In this document: in pieces, positions 15,719 through 23,682 of the stretch | Position numbering within the stretch: the first letter of the stretch is position 1 | How the letters are laid out: each line of letters opens with the position of its first letter | IMG/VR virus record: IMGVR_UViG_3300049185_000045 | Coordinates: 1-26,695 of that record | Strand: one strand, 5' to 3' | DNA: 26,695 bases | From: a virus | Lineage: Duplodnaviria; Caudoviricetes | Translations under genes and position numbers: made by a program | The notes under the pieces: generated by a model | Databases searched by the model: none | Told to the model about the DNA's origin: nothing | What the model saw: only the letters and a program-made list of their open reading frames with translations

Positions 15719-16425
15719 AGGCCATCGCACTTCGTTAGAGCGCTACGCAGCGCTTTGATCTCGTCGTCGATTGGCCCCCAATACCGTCCGCCTGAAGCCT
15801 CGATCTCGAACCGACCTTCGTAGGCATCCAGCACGGCGTGAACCGCAACAATCAGCTTGTCCAGGTCCCGCTGCGGAACGGTGACGCTGACAGGTCCTGG
15901 CGGTTGGGCTAGTCGCTGCTCATGGCAGCGGTGACAGACGTTCACGGCAAGCGGCCCCCATGTGTGTCCTTCCTTGGAGCACAGGTCGCGGTTGAGCTGT
16001 CGAACGTCAACCGCCGGTTCGGACGGCATGTAGCTCGCTACATATGTCCCAGCGGGAGAAACCTCACTGTATCTTGGCGGAAGTGCGTCACGCGGTCCGG
16101 TCCAAAATCGACCAGTCTCATCGTGCTGCGCGATGACTGCGTATTCAGTGTGAGCCGCCGGCGGTTCGTGACGTGAGTGCCACTGGTCTTTGCACGACTG
16201 CGTCGACTCGCCGAAATCGTTCGTCGGATGCCTGTGCGGCTCAGGAGACTTGCACGTGGGGCACGAGCTGATCTGCTCCAATGCCAGCGCGCACACTTCT
16301 GCCTCTTCGTTGTTCAGCTCGACGCGGCCAATGGGTGGGCGGTCGGCGCATGCAATCTGCGAGCGCAAGAAGCGCGCAAGGACCTGCATTCGCTCTTTCG
16401 ATGGCGCTTGAGTAGGGTCGCTCAT
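15715..16425 (-). CDS. Mosaic hypothetical protein
   Basis: ATGA-coupled start at 16425; short segments separated by EPP/QPP linkers. Confidence 0.6.
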   Translation of the reverse strand: MSDPTQAPSKERMQVLARFLRSQIACADRPPIGRVELNNEEAEVCALALEQISSCPTCKSPEPHRHPTNDFGESTQSCKDQWHSRHEPPAAHTEYAVIAQHDETGRFWTGPRDALPPRYSEVSPAGTYVASYMPSEPAVDVRQLNRDLCSKEGHTWGPLAVNVCHRCHEQRLAQPPGPVSVTVPQRDLDKLIVAVHAVLDAYEGRFEIEASGGRYWGPIDDEIKALRSALTKCDGL

Positions 16426-16649
16426 AAATGTACCTTCGTGTTGTCGGCGCGTCGGCCTTGCCGGCGGAAGCACCCTAAGCTGCTCGGGTGCAGTCCGAGT
16501 GCAGCGGTAGCTGGAGCCGGGCGAGTCAGGCTTGAATCTGGCGAAGGGTCTAAACGCGCGTCGGTCCGAGCGCGTCCAATCCAGCATCGGACTATCTCCT
16601 TTGAGGCCGGATGTTCCCGGTAGAACCGATTGTCGGTTGCATCGCTCAT
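16422..16649 (-). CDS. Hypothetical protein
   Basis: ATGA coupling at both ends. Confidence 0.45.
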   Translation of the reverse strand: MSDATDNRFYREHPASKEIVRCWIGRARTDARLDPSPDSSLTRPAPATAALGLHPSSLGCFRRQGRRADNTKVHL

Positions 16650-16894
16650 GGTACGAACTCCACGTCAGGCATCTGGCCTGCCACGTCTATCAATGCGCGG
16701 ATAGCAGCGTGCCGCGTGCAGAGCTTTTCCCCGCGAAAGTCGATCTTTGCGGACAGGTTGCACTTCATGCCGCGCCCGTGAAACTTGCGCCAAGAAATCG
16801 TCTGTTCAGTCGTCACCATGGCCTCGCATTTGATCGGCCATTTGATGATGCCCTTGCGGACTATCGGCTTGAGCCAGACCACCTCTTTAGTCAT
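16646..16894 (-). CDS. Hypothetical protein (C..C..CxxH)
   Basis: ATGA-coupled start at 16894. Confidence 0.55.
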   Translation of the reverse strand: MTKEVVWLKPIVRKGIIKWPIKCEAMVTTEQTISWRKFHGRGMKCNLSAKIDFRGEKLCTRHAAIRALIDVAGQMPDVEFVP

Positions 16895-17103
16895 GACATC
16901 ACCTTGCTCGGCGGCGCATCGGTCGGCATGCAGATCCAGCCCTTCGGCCGCGGCTTGTTTTTGCGGCGCGCGTAGTCGACGGCGCCCGCGTACCACTTTT
17001 CGCCAGCATGCACGCACGCGGCCTCGCTCGGGAACACGGCGCCTGTGCGGATGTCATCGCGCGCAAGCGTCAGGGTCAGCACCCAGGCTTCGATCATGTG
17101 CAA
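16891..17103 (-). CDS. Hypothetical protein
   Basis: WVLTL...F.SEAAC..AG...GWIC.P pattern; tiles in operon. Confidence 0.55.
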   Translation of the reverse strand: MHMIEAWVLTLTLARDDIRTGAVFPSEAACVHAGEKWYAGAVDYARRKNKPRPKGWICMPTDAPPSKVMS

Positions 17104-17402
17104 TCCCTCTCATCTCTCACCAGCCGCAACCTCATCCGGTAGACCTTCTTCGACTGCTGCAACACCTGCCAGCCGTGCCGCCGCCAGAACTTGAGCCGGC
17201 CTACGAACACGTAGCACGGCGTCTCGTTCGTCACCATCGCGGGCGGCATCGTCACGTCCATGTGCGTGCGGACGCGGACGGTGTCGCCGCGGCGCAGGGT
17301 CGCGAGCCATTCACCATGCGTAAGGGCCGGCCCCGCACTCGACGGACGAGGAATAGCGGGAGTGTCCGCCTGGGAGATGTGAGTGCGGAGCCGAGTGATC
17401 AT
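17094..17402 (-). CDS. Hypothetical protein
   Basis: Tiles in operon. Confidence 0.55.
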   Translation of the reverse strand: MITRLRTHISQADTPAIPRPSSAGPALTHGEWLATLRRGDTVRVRTHMDVTMPPAMVTNETPCYVFVGRLKFWRRHGWQVLQQSKKVYRMRLRLVRDERDCT

Positions 17403-17405
17403 TGC

Positions 17406-17900
17406 TTAGCCTTCCGCTCCGGGTTCGCGGGTGCTATCGTCTTCGTCAGCCGGTGACGATTGCCTCGAATCGATTTGCTTAGGTCCCACCTGGACCGCAT
17501 GCATTGTCATCTCGAACGGCCGCTTTCTCGGCAACGCAATCGTCACCGGCATATCCTTCTCGACCTCGGGCGAGCCCCAGATGCGAATGCATTCATCGCC
17601 ATCCCAGGTCGAGGCGAACAGCGTCACCTTGTGACCGACCCACTCTTGCACCTTGCGGCCGAACATCGCCTTGAGGCATAGGCCGTTCGTCTTGTTCAGC
17701 GCGAGGGCCTTGTCCTTCCCTTCGAAGTTGATGATGCCCTTCATCTGCGGGCCCTTGTCGCCGATGAGTTCCTCGACGCGCACGCGTGAGATGACGAGCG
17801 TCACCTTCTTGCCCTTCAGGTCGCTGGCCTTGATGAATCGGCCCGGATAGAGCTCGTCCCAGTCAACGGGGCGTTCAATCACTTTCGGTTGCGCGGACAT
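17406..17900 (-). CDS. Putative ssDNA-binding/annealing protein
   Basis: PGRFIKASDL.GK.VTL.I, LNKTN, FG....W.G..VTL; acidic tail; directly after the exonuclease; GGAGG SD. Confidence 0.55.
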   Translation of the reverse strand: MSAQPKVIERPVDWDELYPGRFIKASDLKGKKVTLVISRVRVEELIGDKGPQMKGIINFEGKDKALALNKTNGLCLKAMFGRKVQEWVGHKVTLFASTWDGDECIRIWGSPEVEKDMPVTIALPRKRPFEMTMHAVQVGPKQIDSRQSSPADEDDSTREPGAEG

Positions 17901-17901
17901 A

Positions 17902-18771
17902 TCAAGCCTCCAGTCCAATGTCGCTCAGGTCTTCGTTCGTCTCGTAGGCCCGAGTCGGGAAAGTCAGATTCGTCTCGCCGCGCACCGGACCAGGCCACTC
18001 GCCGGCGCGTTCGCAGTCGAGCAGTTGATCGTGCAATACCAAGTATTCGTCGCGGCCCTGCTGAATGATGTCGTCGGGAATATTGTAGACAGCGACCGCG
18101 TGCGGCGGCGTGTTCTCGACCACGATCTCCTTCATGCCGGGCTGCACATCGGTAATGAATTCGTAGCCGTCGAAGTAGTACGCCCACTGCAGGTGGTAGC
18201 CGAGCTTCCACGCCTGATAGCCGAAGATGTATTCGCGGCAGTCTCGAGCTGACTTGAGCCCGACCAGGTACGGGCGCCCGTCGATCATCGTCAGCCAGTC
18301 GAGTCGTCCCTTCGATTGACGGCCACGCAGCGTCCACTGCAGCGTCACTTCCGGGTCGCCCTGCTCCAGGTACTTCATGGCGTCCGGATCGGCCCTGACG
18401 GCACGCTGGATCGCCATGGCGTACTCGGCTTCATCGATCGTGATGATGTCGCGCCCGACGTTTTCCCCCTGGAACGATTCCCACCACTGGCCATTCTTCG
18501 GGCACAGGTTGCCGGTCTTCTCGCTGCGCCGCGCCCAGATCGCGAACTGAGACGAGAAGCGCTCAGGCTCCAACACAGCAACGTGTGCGGCGGTCCCGAG
18601 CCTGAGCGCGGTTGTCTCCTTGGGGTGCGCAAGGGCGTAGCGGTAGTGCAGCGGCGACCGCCGCAGCTCCTTCAGGCGCGTGATGGAGACACCAGGAAGC
18701 GCCCGATAGTCGGCGACCGGCACGCGTGAACGAATGCCAATCTCGAACGGAGTGTCAGCCGCTGCGTTCAC
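17902..18771 (-). CDS. RecE/exonuclease VIII-like PD-(D/E)xK protein (DUF3799-like)
   Basis: SPLHY, LGTAAHVAVLEP, KGRLDWL, GYHLQWAYY.DG, VEN.PPH. Confidence 0.85.
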   Translation of the reverse strand: MNAAADTPFEIGIRSRVPVADYRALPGVSITRLKELRRSPLHYRYALAHPKETTALRLGTAAHVAVLEPERFSSQFAIWARRSEKTGNLCPKNGQWWESFQGENVGRDIITIDEAEYAMAIQRAVRADPDAMKYLEQGDPEVTLQWTLRGRQSKGRLDWLTMIDGRPYLVGLKSARDCREYIFGYQAWKLGYHLQWAYYFDGYEFITDVQPGMKEIVVENTPPHAVAVYNIPDDIIQQGRDEYLVLHDQLLDCERAGEWPGPVRGETNLTFPTRAYETNEDLSDIGLEA

Positions 18772-18953
18772 TCGACTTCCTTCGCCTCTTCGACCTTCAC
18801 GCCCTTGCCGAGCGCAACGACCAAGTCGTCTTGGCTCGCGACCTCGATCGTGTACGGCTTCACGATGTGTTGCGCGACGCGTGCCTGATTGGTAGCGCGG
18901 ACCAGCCGCGGGTCAGATGCGCCGTTACGGACGATGTAGATTCGATCACTCAT
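18768..18953 (-). CDS. Conserved small phage protein
   Basis: RLVRATNQA..VASQDDLV...GVKVE pattern; AAGGTG SD. Confidence 0.7.
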   Translation of the reverse strand: MSDRIYIVRNGASDPRLVRATNQARVAQHIVKPYTIEVASQDDLVVALGKGVKVEEAKEVE

Positions 18954-18971
18954 AGTTCACCTTGTTGTCGG

Positions 18972-19094
18972 TCAAAACCAAAACCTCTCGCGCTTCCTGC
19001 CAAACACGCGCCACAGCAACCGGCGCAGCAGTCCGACGCGCTTCGCCATCGGCTTGTCCAGCCGCGCAGTGGTACGAAAGCTGATGACTTTCAT
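18972..19094 (-). CDS. Small basic peptide
   Basis: ATGA-coupled start at 19094. Confidence 0.45.
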   Translation of the reverse strand: MKVISFRTTARLDKPMAKRVGLLRRLLWRVFGRKRERFWF

Positions 19095-19276
19095 TCGCCG
19101 GCTACCTTTCGCAGCATCGCCGCGTTCATGAGGAAGAAAGCCTTCAGAGCCGTCTGCTGCTCGGTGCAGTAGTCGGCCTTTTCCTCGTTCATCTGAGCGA
19201 GCACCAGGCACTGCAGCTTGTCTCGGGCAGAGAGGGCGGCGCGGTGCTCGTCGAGGCGGGTGACGGTGGCGGTCAT
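19091..19276 (-). CDS. Hypothetical protein
   Basis: ATGA coupling. Confidence 0.55.
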   Translation of the reverse strand: MTATVTRLDEHRAALSARDKLQCLVLAQMNEEKADYCTEQQTALKAFFLMNAAMLRKVAGE

Positions 19277-19464
19277 GCGCGCTCCGCCTCCAACTTCTTG
19301 CGCCGCTCGAGAATGATCTGCTCTGCCGCCTTGCCGGCGATCAGCTCCTGCGCGGCCTGCAGGCCCTCGTTGAAGCCGATCTCGCGGCCGGCGTCGTAGC
19401 CGCCACGGTAGCTCTCGTTAGCGAGCTCTAACGCGGCCTTGATGGTGTCTGGTACTGCGCTCAT
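19273..19464 (-). CDS. Hypothetical protein (GYDAG..GFNEG helix)
   Basis: GGAGG SD; ATGA coupling. Confidence 0.6.
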   Translation of the reverse strand: MSAVPDTIKAALELANESYRGGYDAGREIGFNEGLQAAQELIAGKAAEQIILERRKKLEAERA

Positions 19465-19673
19465 GACTGGTCCTCCAGCTGATGGAGTAGATCGTCTATA
19501 GCCGCCTGCTCGGTCGGTCCCGAGCCCACCGGATGCGAGCTGAAAAAGCCGTCCTGGTCGCAGTCGGCGTCGTAGTCGCCCGTGATCGCCTGCCAGTCGA
19601 AATCCCGTATCGGGATCGGCGGCTGCACGTGGTCGGTGTGGATCTTCACGCCGTTGATGATGTGAATGCACAA
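19461..19673 (-). CDS. Conserved small phage protein (PPIP.R.FDW.A)
   Basis: PPIPIRDFDWQA...G.GPTEQAAIDDL motif. Confidence 0.65.
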   Translation of the reverse strand: MCIHIINGVKIHTDHVQPPIPIRDFDWQAITGDYDADCDQDGFFSSHPVGSGPTEQAAIDDLLHQLEDQS

Positions 19674-19692
19674 GGACTTTCTCCAGAGTGGG

Positions 19693-20070
19693 CTAGCCAG
19701 CAGCCTTGTTCACAAGCAGGCGGGCAAGCTGCAGTTCGGGCGCGATTATCGACAGCCACGTGGCCGTCGAGAAAATCTCCGTGATGCAAATCACGCAGAG
19801 AACCAATGAAATGACGCCGACTATGAGTGCAGCAATCGAGCCGCCAATCTCCACGGAATCGCTTTCCGAAGCGCGCCACTTTGGGTAGAGATGCTTGATG
19901 GCAAATCGCCACGCAAACACCACGAGAGCGAGGAACACAACGTCGATGCAGACGGTTGTGATGGCACCAACGCGTATCGCTTGAAGAGTCAACTGCATCG
20001 CCGGCTCGGCCAGCTTCTCTATGTGGCCGATCAGCTCGACTGCTTTCTGTTCCAGGGTCGGGTCGCTCAA
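19693..20070 (-). CDS. Two-TM membrane protein
   Basis: AGGAG SD and TTG start; two hydrophobic helices. Confidence 0.65.
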   Translation of the reverse strand: MSDPTLEQKAVELIGHIEKLAEPAMQLTLQAIRVGAITTVCIDVVFLALVVFAWRFAIKHLYPKWRASESDSVEIGGSIAALIVGVISLVLCVICITEIFSTATWLSIIAPELQLARLLVNKAAG

Positions 20071-20107
20071 TGTGTTCTCCTACTTCAGGTTGTTCGTGTG
20101 AGCTGAG

Positions 20108-20344
20108 TCAGCCGGCGTTGCCGTCGCTCGGTCCGTGAATCGCTTCGTGCCAGTCACGCACCATGTCGCGGGCATCGTCGAATTGCTCGGACTTCAGCAT
20201 CTGGTAGAGGTCTGCGATGAGCGCTTCGAACGTGTGGTTGTTCAGGAGCGCCATCCTCTGCGTGTGTTCTTTCATCGTGGTCATGAGCTGTAACTCCATC
20301 TGTCGCCTACGCAGCCAAAGAGGGATCGTCAGGTTCTCGCTCAC
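20108..20344 (-). CDS. Hypothetical protein
   Basis: GTG 20344 with GGAG SD; 'LTIPLWLRR' motif. Confidence 0.5.
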   Translation of the reverse strand: MSENLTIPLWLRRRQMELQLMTTMKEHTQRMALLNNHTFEALIADLYQMLKSEQFDDARDMVRDWHEAIHGPSDGNAG

Positions 20345-20375
20345 GTCTCGCTCCGCCTGTTGACTAGACAAAGGC

Positions 20376-20479
20376 TGCCGGGGACATCACTCCCCGGCAC
20401 CTCGCCGGCATTAGTTCGCTGTCACCGTGCGATGTCTCACGGTCTAGCGGGCTTACTTCCAGCCGGTACCCGCTGAACT
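20376..20479 (-). ncRNA. Candidate structured RNA (three-way junction plus 9-bp hairpin)
   Basis: Stems 20413-17/20475-79, 20424-29/20438-43, 20446-51/20469-74 and perfect hairpin 20376-84/20391-99, in an intergenic gap. Confidence 0.45.
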
Positions 20480-20515
20480 CGGTTTGTTTCGTAGCGCTCA
20501 TGATTTGGCTGTTGA

Positions 20516-20719
20516 TTAGGCAATGCGCTTGGGGCGCTGGTCGGTGCGCTGCTCAATCTGCTTCGCCGTCAAGTCAAGCGTCTCTGCCAGCCGGATCAGC
20601 GCAAGATCCCATCCGAGCGGATCGTCCTCGCTCTTCCACAGTCGCTCGCGGATCGCATCAACCTCGTCGCACATCTTGCGAATACGTGCGGCCTCGCGCT
20701 TCCAGTTGAACTTGCTCAC
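20516..20719 (-). CDS. Hypothetical protein
   Basis: GTGA coupling. Confidence 0.55.
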   Translation of the reverse strand: MSKFNWKREAARIRKMCDEVDAIRERLWKSEDDPLGWDLALIRLAETLDLTAKQIEQRTDQRPKRIA

Positions 20720-21000
20720 AGGTACACGCCCGCGCGCGATGCGCGCAGCTCGTCATTCTTCACTCGCTTGGCGACAGCGGTGCGCACCCATGAGAAGTTG
20801 CGAGTGCTGAGCCGCATCCAGCGGCCCATGCGATCCGCGTCACGCCGGTCGCCGTACACCATCTTTTGCCGCGCGTCGCGGGACTTCCAATTCACTTCGC
20901 CCGTGCCAGGACAATGACCAGTGCGCTCAATGAAGGCGCGCGCGGCGATGTCTTCTTGAGTAATCGCTACTGCCGCGGGACCGTCTGCGAAAAGACTCAT
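20716..21000 (-). CDS. Hypothetical protein
   Basis: AGGAG SD. Confidence 0.6.
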   Translation of the reverse strand: MSLFADGPAAVAITQEDIAARAFIERTGHCPGTGEVNWKSRDARQKMVYGDRRDADRMGRWMRLSTRNFSWVRTAVAKRVKNDELRASRAGVYL

Positions 21001-21036
21001 TGCGTTCTCCTGCTCAAGGTTCGATCTGATTCCGGC

Positions 21037-21309
21037 TCACTCTTCGAACGCGTCCAGTTGCCCGGCGTTCTCCAGCCGCACACGGCGCAGCCATTCGTCG
21101 CCGTTGCCTGCAACCCCGCGCCGCCCGCGGTACGGCTCATCGCGCTTACATTCGCGCTTGAACTGATCGACCGCGGGGTCGCCGACGTAGTGGCGCACGA
21201 GATCGCTGTGCGGGTCGTTCGCCGGGCCGCGCTCGAGGGCGGGCGGGGCGAACCGGCTCAGGACGTCGATCGCCCAGAGGGCAAGGCTGCGGTCAGGGTT
21301 CTTGGTCAT
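21037..21309 (-). CDS. First gene of leftward early operon, hypothetical
   Basis: GGAG SD; downstream of the PL-like promoter. Confidence 0.55.
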   Translation of the reverse strand: MTKNPDRSLALWAIDVLSRFAPPALERGPANDPHSDLVRHYVGDPAVDQFKRECKRDEPYRGRRGVAGNGDEWLRRVRLENAGQLDAFEE

Positions 21310-21339
21310 CGAAGGCTCCCGCTGAGAAGTTCGTTTCCG

Positions 21340-21388
21340 TAGGCAATAGTTTGCCTATCTCAGGGCAGAATGCAAGCAAAATTTTGCC
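21340..21388 (-). promoter_or_regulatory. PL-like promoter with two operators (GGCAA-N4-TTGCC)
   Basis: Operators 21342-55 and 21375-88; minus-strand TTGCAT(21375-70)-16-CAAACT(21353-48). Confidence 0.7.
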
Positions 21389-21558
21389 GATGCTTGAGGG
21401 CACGGACTACAAATTATCGGCAAAAACTATGACAAAGACCTGGGAAGCGTGAACTGCGTCACGCATTTGTTACAAAGCATTCACATATGTGTAGTTGCCG
21501 TGATGGGAACCGACGGCAGAAGTCGCTTTACTTAAGGCAGGGAGACCCCCGTTCAAAG

Positions 21559-21891
21559 TCAGCGGGTGCCGGTTCTCTCTTCGATGCGCTCTTGGACCGC
21601 GGCACGGACAACGTTCCGAACAATTCGGGCGAGCCGCGGATTTAGCAAAATTTCGGCTGGTAGGTCCTCCATGAATAACTGCCAAATCTCAAGCTCGAAG
21701 AACCTGGCTACCGTCTCCGCCGTGTCCAACGTCGCGGCGTGCTCTCCGACGCGCGCATTTCGCAACGTGCGCAGGCTCAGGCCCATCCGCTGGGCGATCT
21801 CAGCAAGGGTGAGATCTGGATGAGCATCTTGATAGTGCCGCACTAGAGCGCTGACGTTCTGGCTGAAAAGCTCGATCGCTGACCGCGGCAC
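21559..21891 (-). CDS. CI-like XRE HTH repressor without peptidase domain
   Basis: LTLAEIAQRMGLSLRTLRNARVG..AATLDTAETVARFF; divergent from cro; start (GTG 21891) uncertain. Confidence 0.75.
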   Translation of the reverse strand: MPRSAIELFSQNVSALVRHYQDAHPDLTLAEIAQRMGLSLRTLRNARVGEHAATLDTAETVARFFELEIWQLFMEDLPAEILLNPRLARIVRNVVRAAVQERIEERTGTR

Positions 21892-21918
21892 GCAGTTGCT
21901 GCCTTGCGCAAAGTGTAT

Positions 21919-21996
21919 AGGCAAGATCTTGCCTGAACGATAGCGGCAATCTCTTGCCTGTTTGATGCTTGCAGAATCGGCAAAACTTTGCATAAT
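21919..21996. promoter_or_regulatory. OR-like region: three operators and PR-like promoter
   Basis: AGGCAAGATCTTGCCT 21919-34, GGCAATCTCTTGCC 21945-58, GGCAAAACTTTGCA 21979-92; TTGCAG(21969-74)-16-CATAAT(21991-96). Confidence 0.8.
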
Positions 21997-22002
21997 GGAG
22001 GT

Positions 22003-22227
22003 ATGGTCGCAAATCCAAGTGAACCGCTTCTCGATCGTACCCACAGACTACTCGGCGCCCGCGGCGACCTCTCGCTGAAAAAAATCAGCGAAGAATCCGG
22101 CGTCGATGAAAGCTGGCTCGCCAAGTTCCACCGCGGCGCCATCCCGAAGCCGGGCGTCATCATTGTTCAGCAGCTGCACGACTACCTCGTCCAGAAAATC
22201 GGCGACGAGTCGGTGCGACCGCAGTGA
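22003..22227 (+). CDS. Cro-like HTH protein
   Basis: LSLKKISEESGVDESWLAKFHRGAIPKPGV..VQQLHDYL. Confidence 0.8.
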   Translation: MVANPSEPLLDRTHRLLGARGDLSLKKISEESGVDESWLAKFHRGAIPKPGVIIVQQLHDYLVQKIGDESVRPQ

Positions 22228-22757
22228 GCCAACTCTTCAGCGGAAGCTCGAAACGAGATCGTCTCGTCGCTCGTGCATCTTCCGCCGTGGCTCTCGCCGT
22301 ACGGACAGGCAAGTTGCAGCCGGCTGCGACGAAGAAATGCGTGGATTGCGGCAACCCAGCTGAGTGCTACGACCATCGCGATTACACGCGTCCGCTCAAG
22401 GTCGAGCCTGTCTGCAAAGCATGTAACAACCGGCGCGGTCCAGGTTGGCCACTCCCGGAGCTCGGTGATGGGCTGATCCATAAGCACGGCGTCAAATCGA
22501 TCGGTAAGTGCTGGGCATCCCTCGAAGGCGGCGACGGGTTCTCGCCGCTGGAGTGCCGTATTCCTCCTGAGATTGAAGCAACGGCCGACGAAGCTATCCG
22601 CGCATACGCATTGCAGGAGTGGATGGATGTGCTCGACGTTAAGGCAGCGGTTGCCCGCCTCAAGTCTAGCAATGGCGGTCATCGCACAGGCTGGACAACT
22701 CCAATCGGAATAGCGCGCGCTGAATTCTTCAAACGGCACGATCCTTGGTATGCGTGA
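22224..22757 (+). CDS. HNH-like zinc-binding protein
   Basis: AV..GKL...CVDCG...DHRDYTRPLKVEPVCKACN. Confidence 0.65.
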   Translation: MSQLFSGSSKRDRLVARASSAVALAVRTGKLQPAATKKCVDCGNPAECYDHRDYTRPLKVEPVCKACNNRRGPGWPLPELGDGLIHKHGVKSIGKCWASLEGGDGFSPLECRIPPEIEATADEAIRAYALQEWMDVLDVKAAVARLKSSNGGHRTGWTTPIGIARAEFFKRHDPWYA

Positions 22758-22769
22758 GGGGTCGCACTG

Positions 22770-23018
22770 ATGTCCGCCCCGCTCAAAGACTTCCGCGTGC
22801 CTATCTCCGAGGCCGTGCACACATGGCTCGACGCCGAGGCGTCTGCCTTCAACATGACGATGCAGGACATCGCTCGCGACATCCTCAAGGATTGGGCTCG
22901 TAAAAAAGCGCATGCCTACAAGGTAGCGACCAAGCGCCTGCGGGCAAATGGACTGCAGCCGGAATTGTTTGGACCGGACGTGGAAGACGATGGATCGGAA
23001 CGGAGCGCCAAGAAGTGA
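22770..23018 (+). CDS. Small regulator (RHH-like, at the CII position)
   Basis: LKDFRVPISEAVHTWLDAEA...DIARDILKDW; GAGG SD. Confidence 0.55.
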   Translation: MSAPLKDFRVPISEAVHTWLDAEASAFNMTMQDIARDILKDWARKKAHAYKVATKRLRANGLQPELFGPDVEDDGSERSAKK

Positions 23019-23416
23019 CCGCCTCCATCCCACCTCCCGAGGGCATCAGTGCGCCCAGCGATCGTAAGAAATTCACGGTAATTGCTGCAGAGGCGCGTCA
23101 GTTACACCACTGCCCAGAGGTTATGAATCCGCCGCAGTCGGCCGCTAGGGGCTGCGAGGCTGGGAACCTCAACACGGGCGACGTCATGGGCATGGGGCCT
23201 GTCCATAGGGCTGCAGAGGCAAGGCCAGCCGAAGCAGTGCCGCCCCCACTTACAGAAGCACAACTCGAACTCGCCATCGCAGCCGCCATGCAGCGCCTGT
23301 GCAAGGCGCCGGAGCGGGCGGAAAAGATGCGGCACTGGCGCGAGATGGTGAGGCTCATCGATCAGCGCACGCCGCATAGACGTCGGTTCATGGAGCGCAT
23401 GCGGGGGATCGCATGA
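23015..23416 (+). CDS. Hypothetical protein (start uncertain)
   Basis: Coupled to both neighbours; helical C-terminal half. Confidence 0.45.
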   Translation: MTASIPPPEGISAPSDRKKFTVIAAEARQLHHCPEVMNPPQSAARGCEAGNLNTGDVMGMGPVHRAAEARPAEAVPPPLTEAQLELAIAAAMQRLCKAPERAEKMRHWREMVRLIDQRTPHRRRFMERMRGIA

Positions 23417-23682
23417 TTCGCGGCAACCGCCCACGGCTGGATCACTGGGAACTCTCTGTCCTCACACGGCTGCTGCAGGGACTCAAGCCGAAGCAGATCA
23501 GCGGCGAGCTGTGCTTCAGCCAAGACCGCTACACGAAAATTCGCAATCGCATCCTGACCAAACTCGGGGCGATGAATGATGCGCAGATTGGTGTGCTGGC
23601 CGAGCGCTACCAATTGGTATCGGTAGATGAGCGCAACCGGATCGAGGATCGAAGAGAAGCACTTTGCGGAGCTTCCAATTGA
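23413..23682 (+). CDS. Stand-alone LuxR/GerE-type HTH regulator
   Basis: L..WELSVL..LLQGLKPKQISGELCFS......RNRILTKLGA.N.AQ. Confidence 0.75.
   Translation: MIRGNRPRLDHWELSVLTRLLQGLKPKQISGELCFSQDRYTKIRNRILTKLGAMNDAQIGVLAERYQLVSVDERNRIEDRREALCGASN

Noticed and set aside
20364-20501. 45-aa ORF across the structured intergenic region
   Set aside because: No SD and no coupling; the base-pairing pattern explains the sequence better
21419-21432. Third left operator
   Set aside because: Only the GGCAA half-site matches; the right half (TATGA) is too divergent
22182-23033. 283-aa antisense ORF, and similar antisense ORFs across the window
   Set aside because: Opposite to well-coupled genes with recognisable motifs; no SD or domain signal
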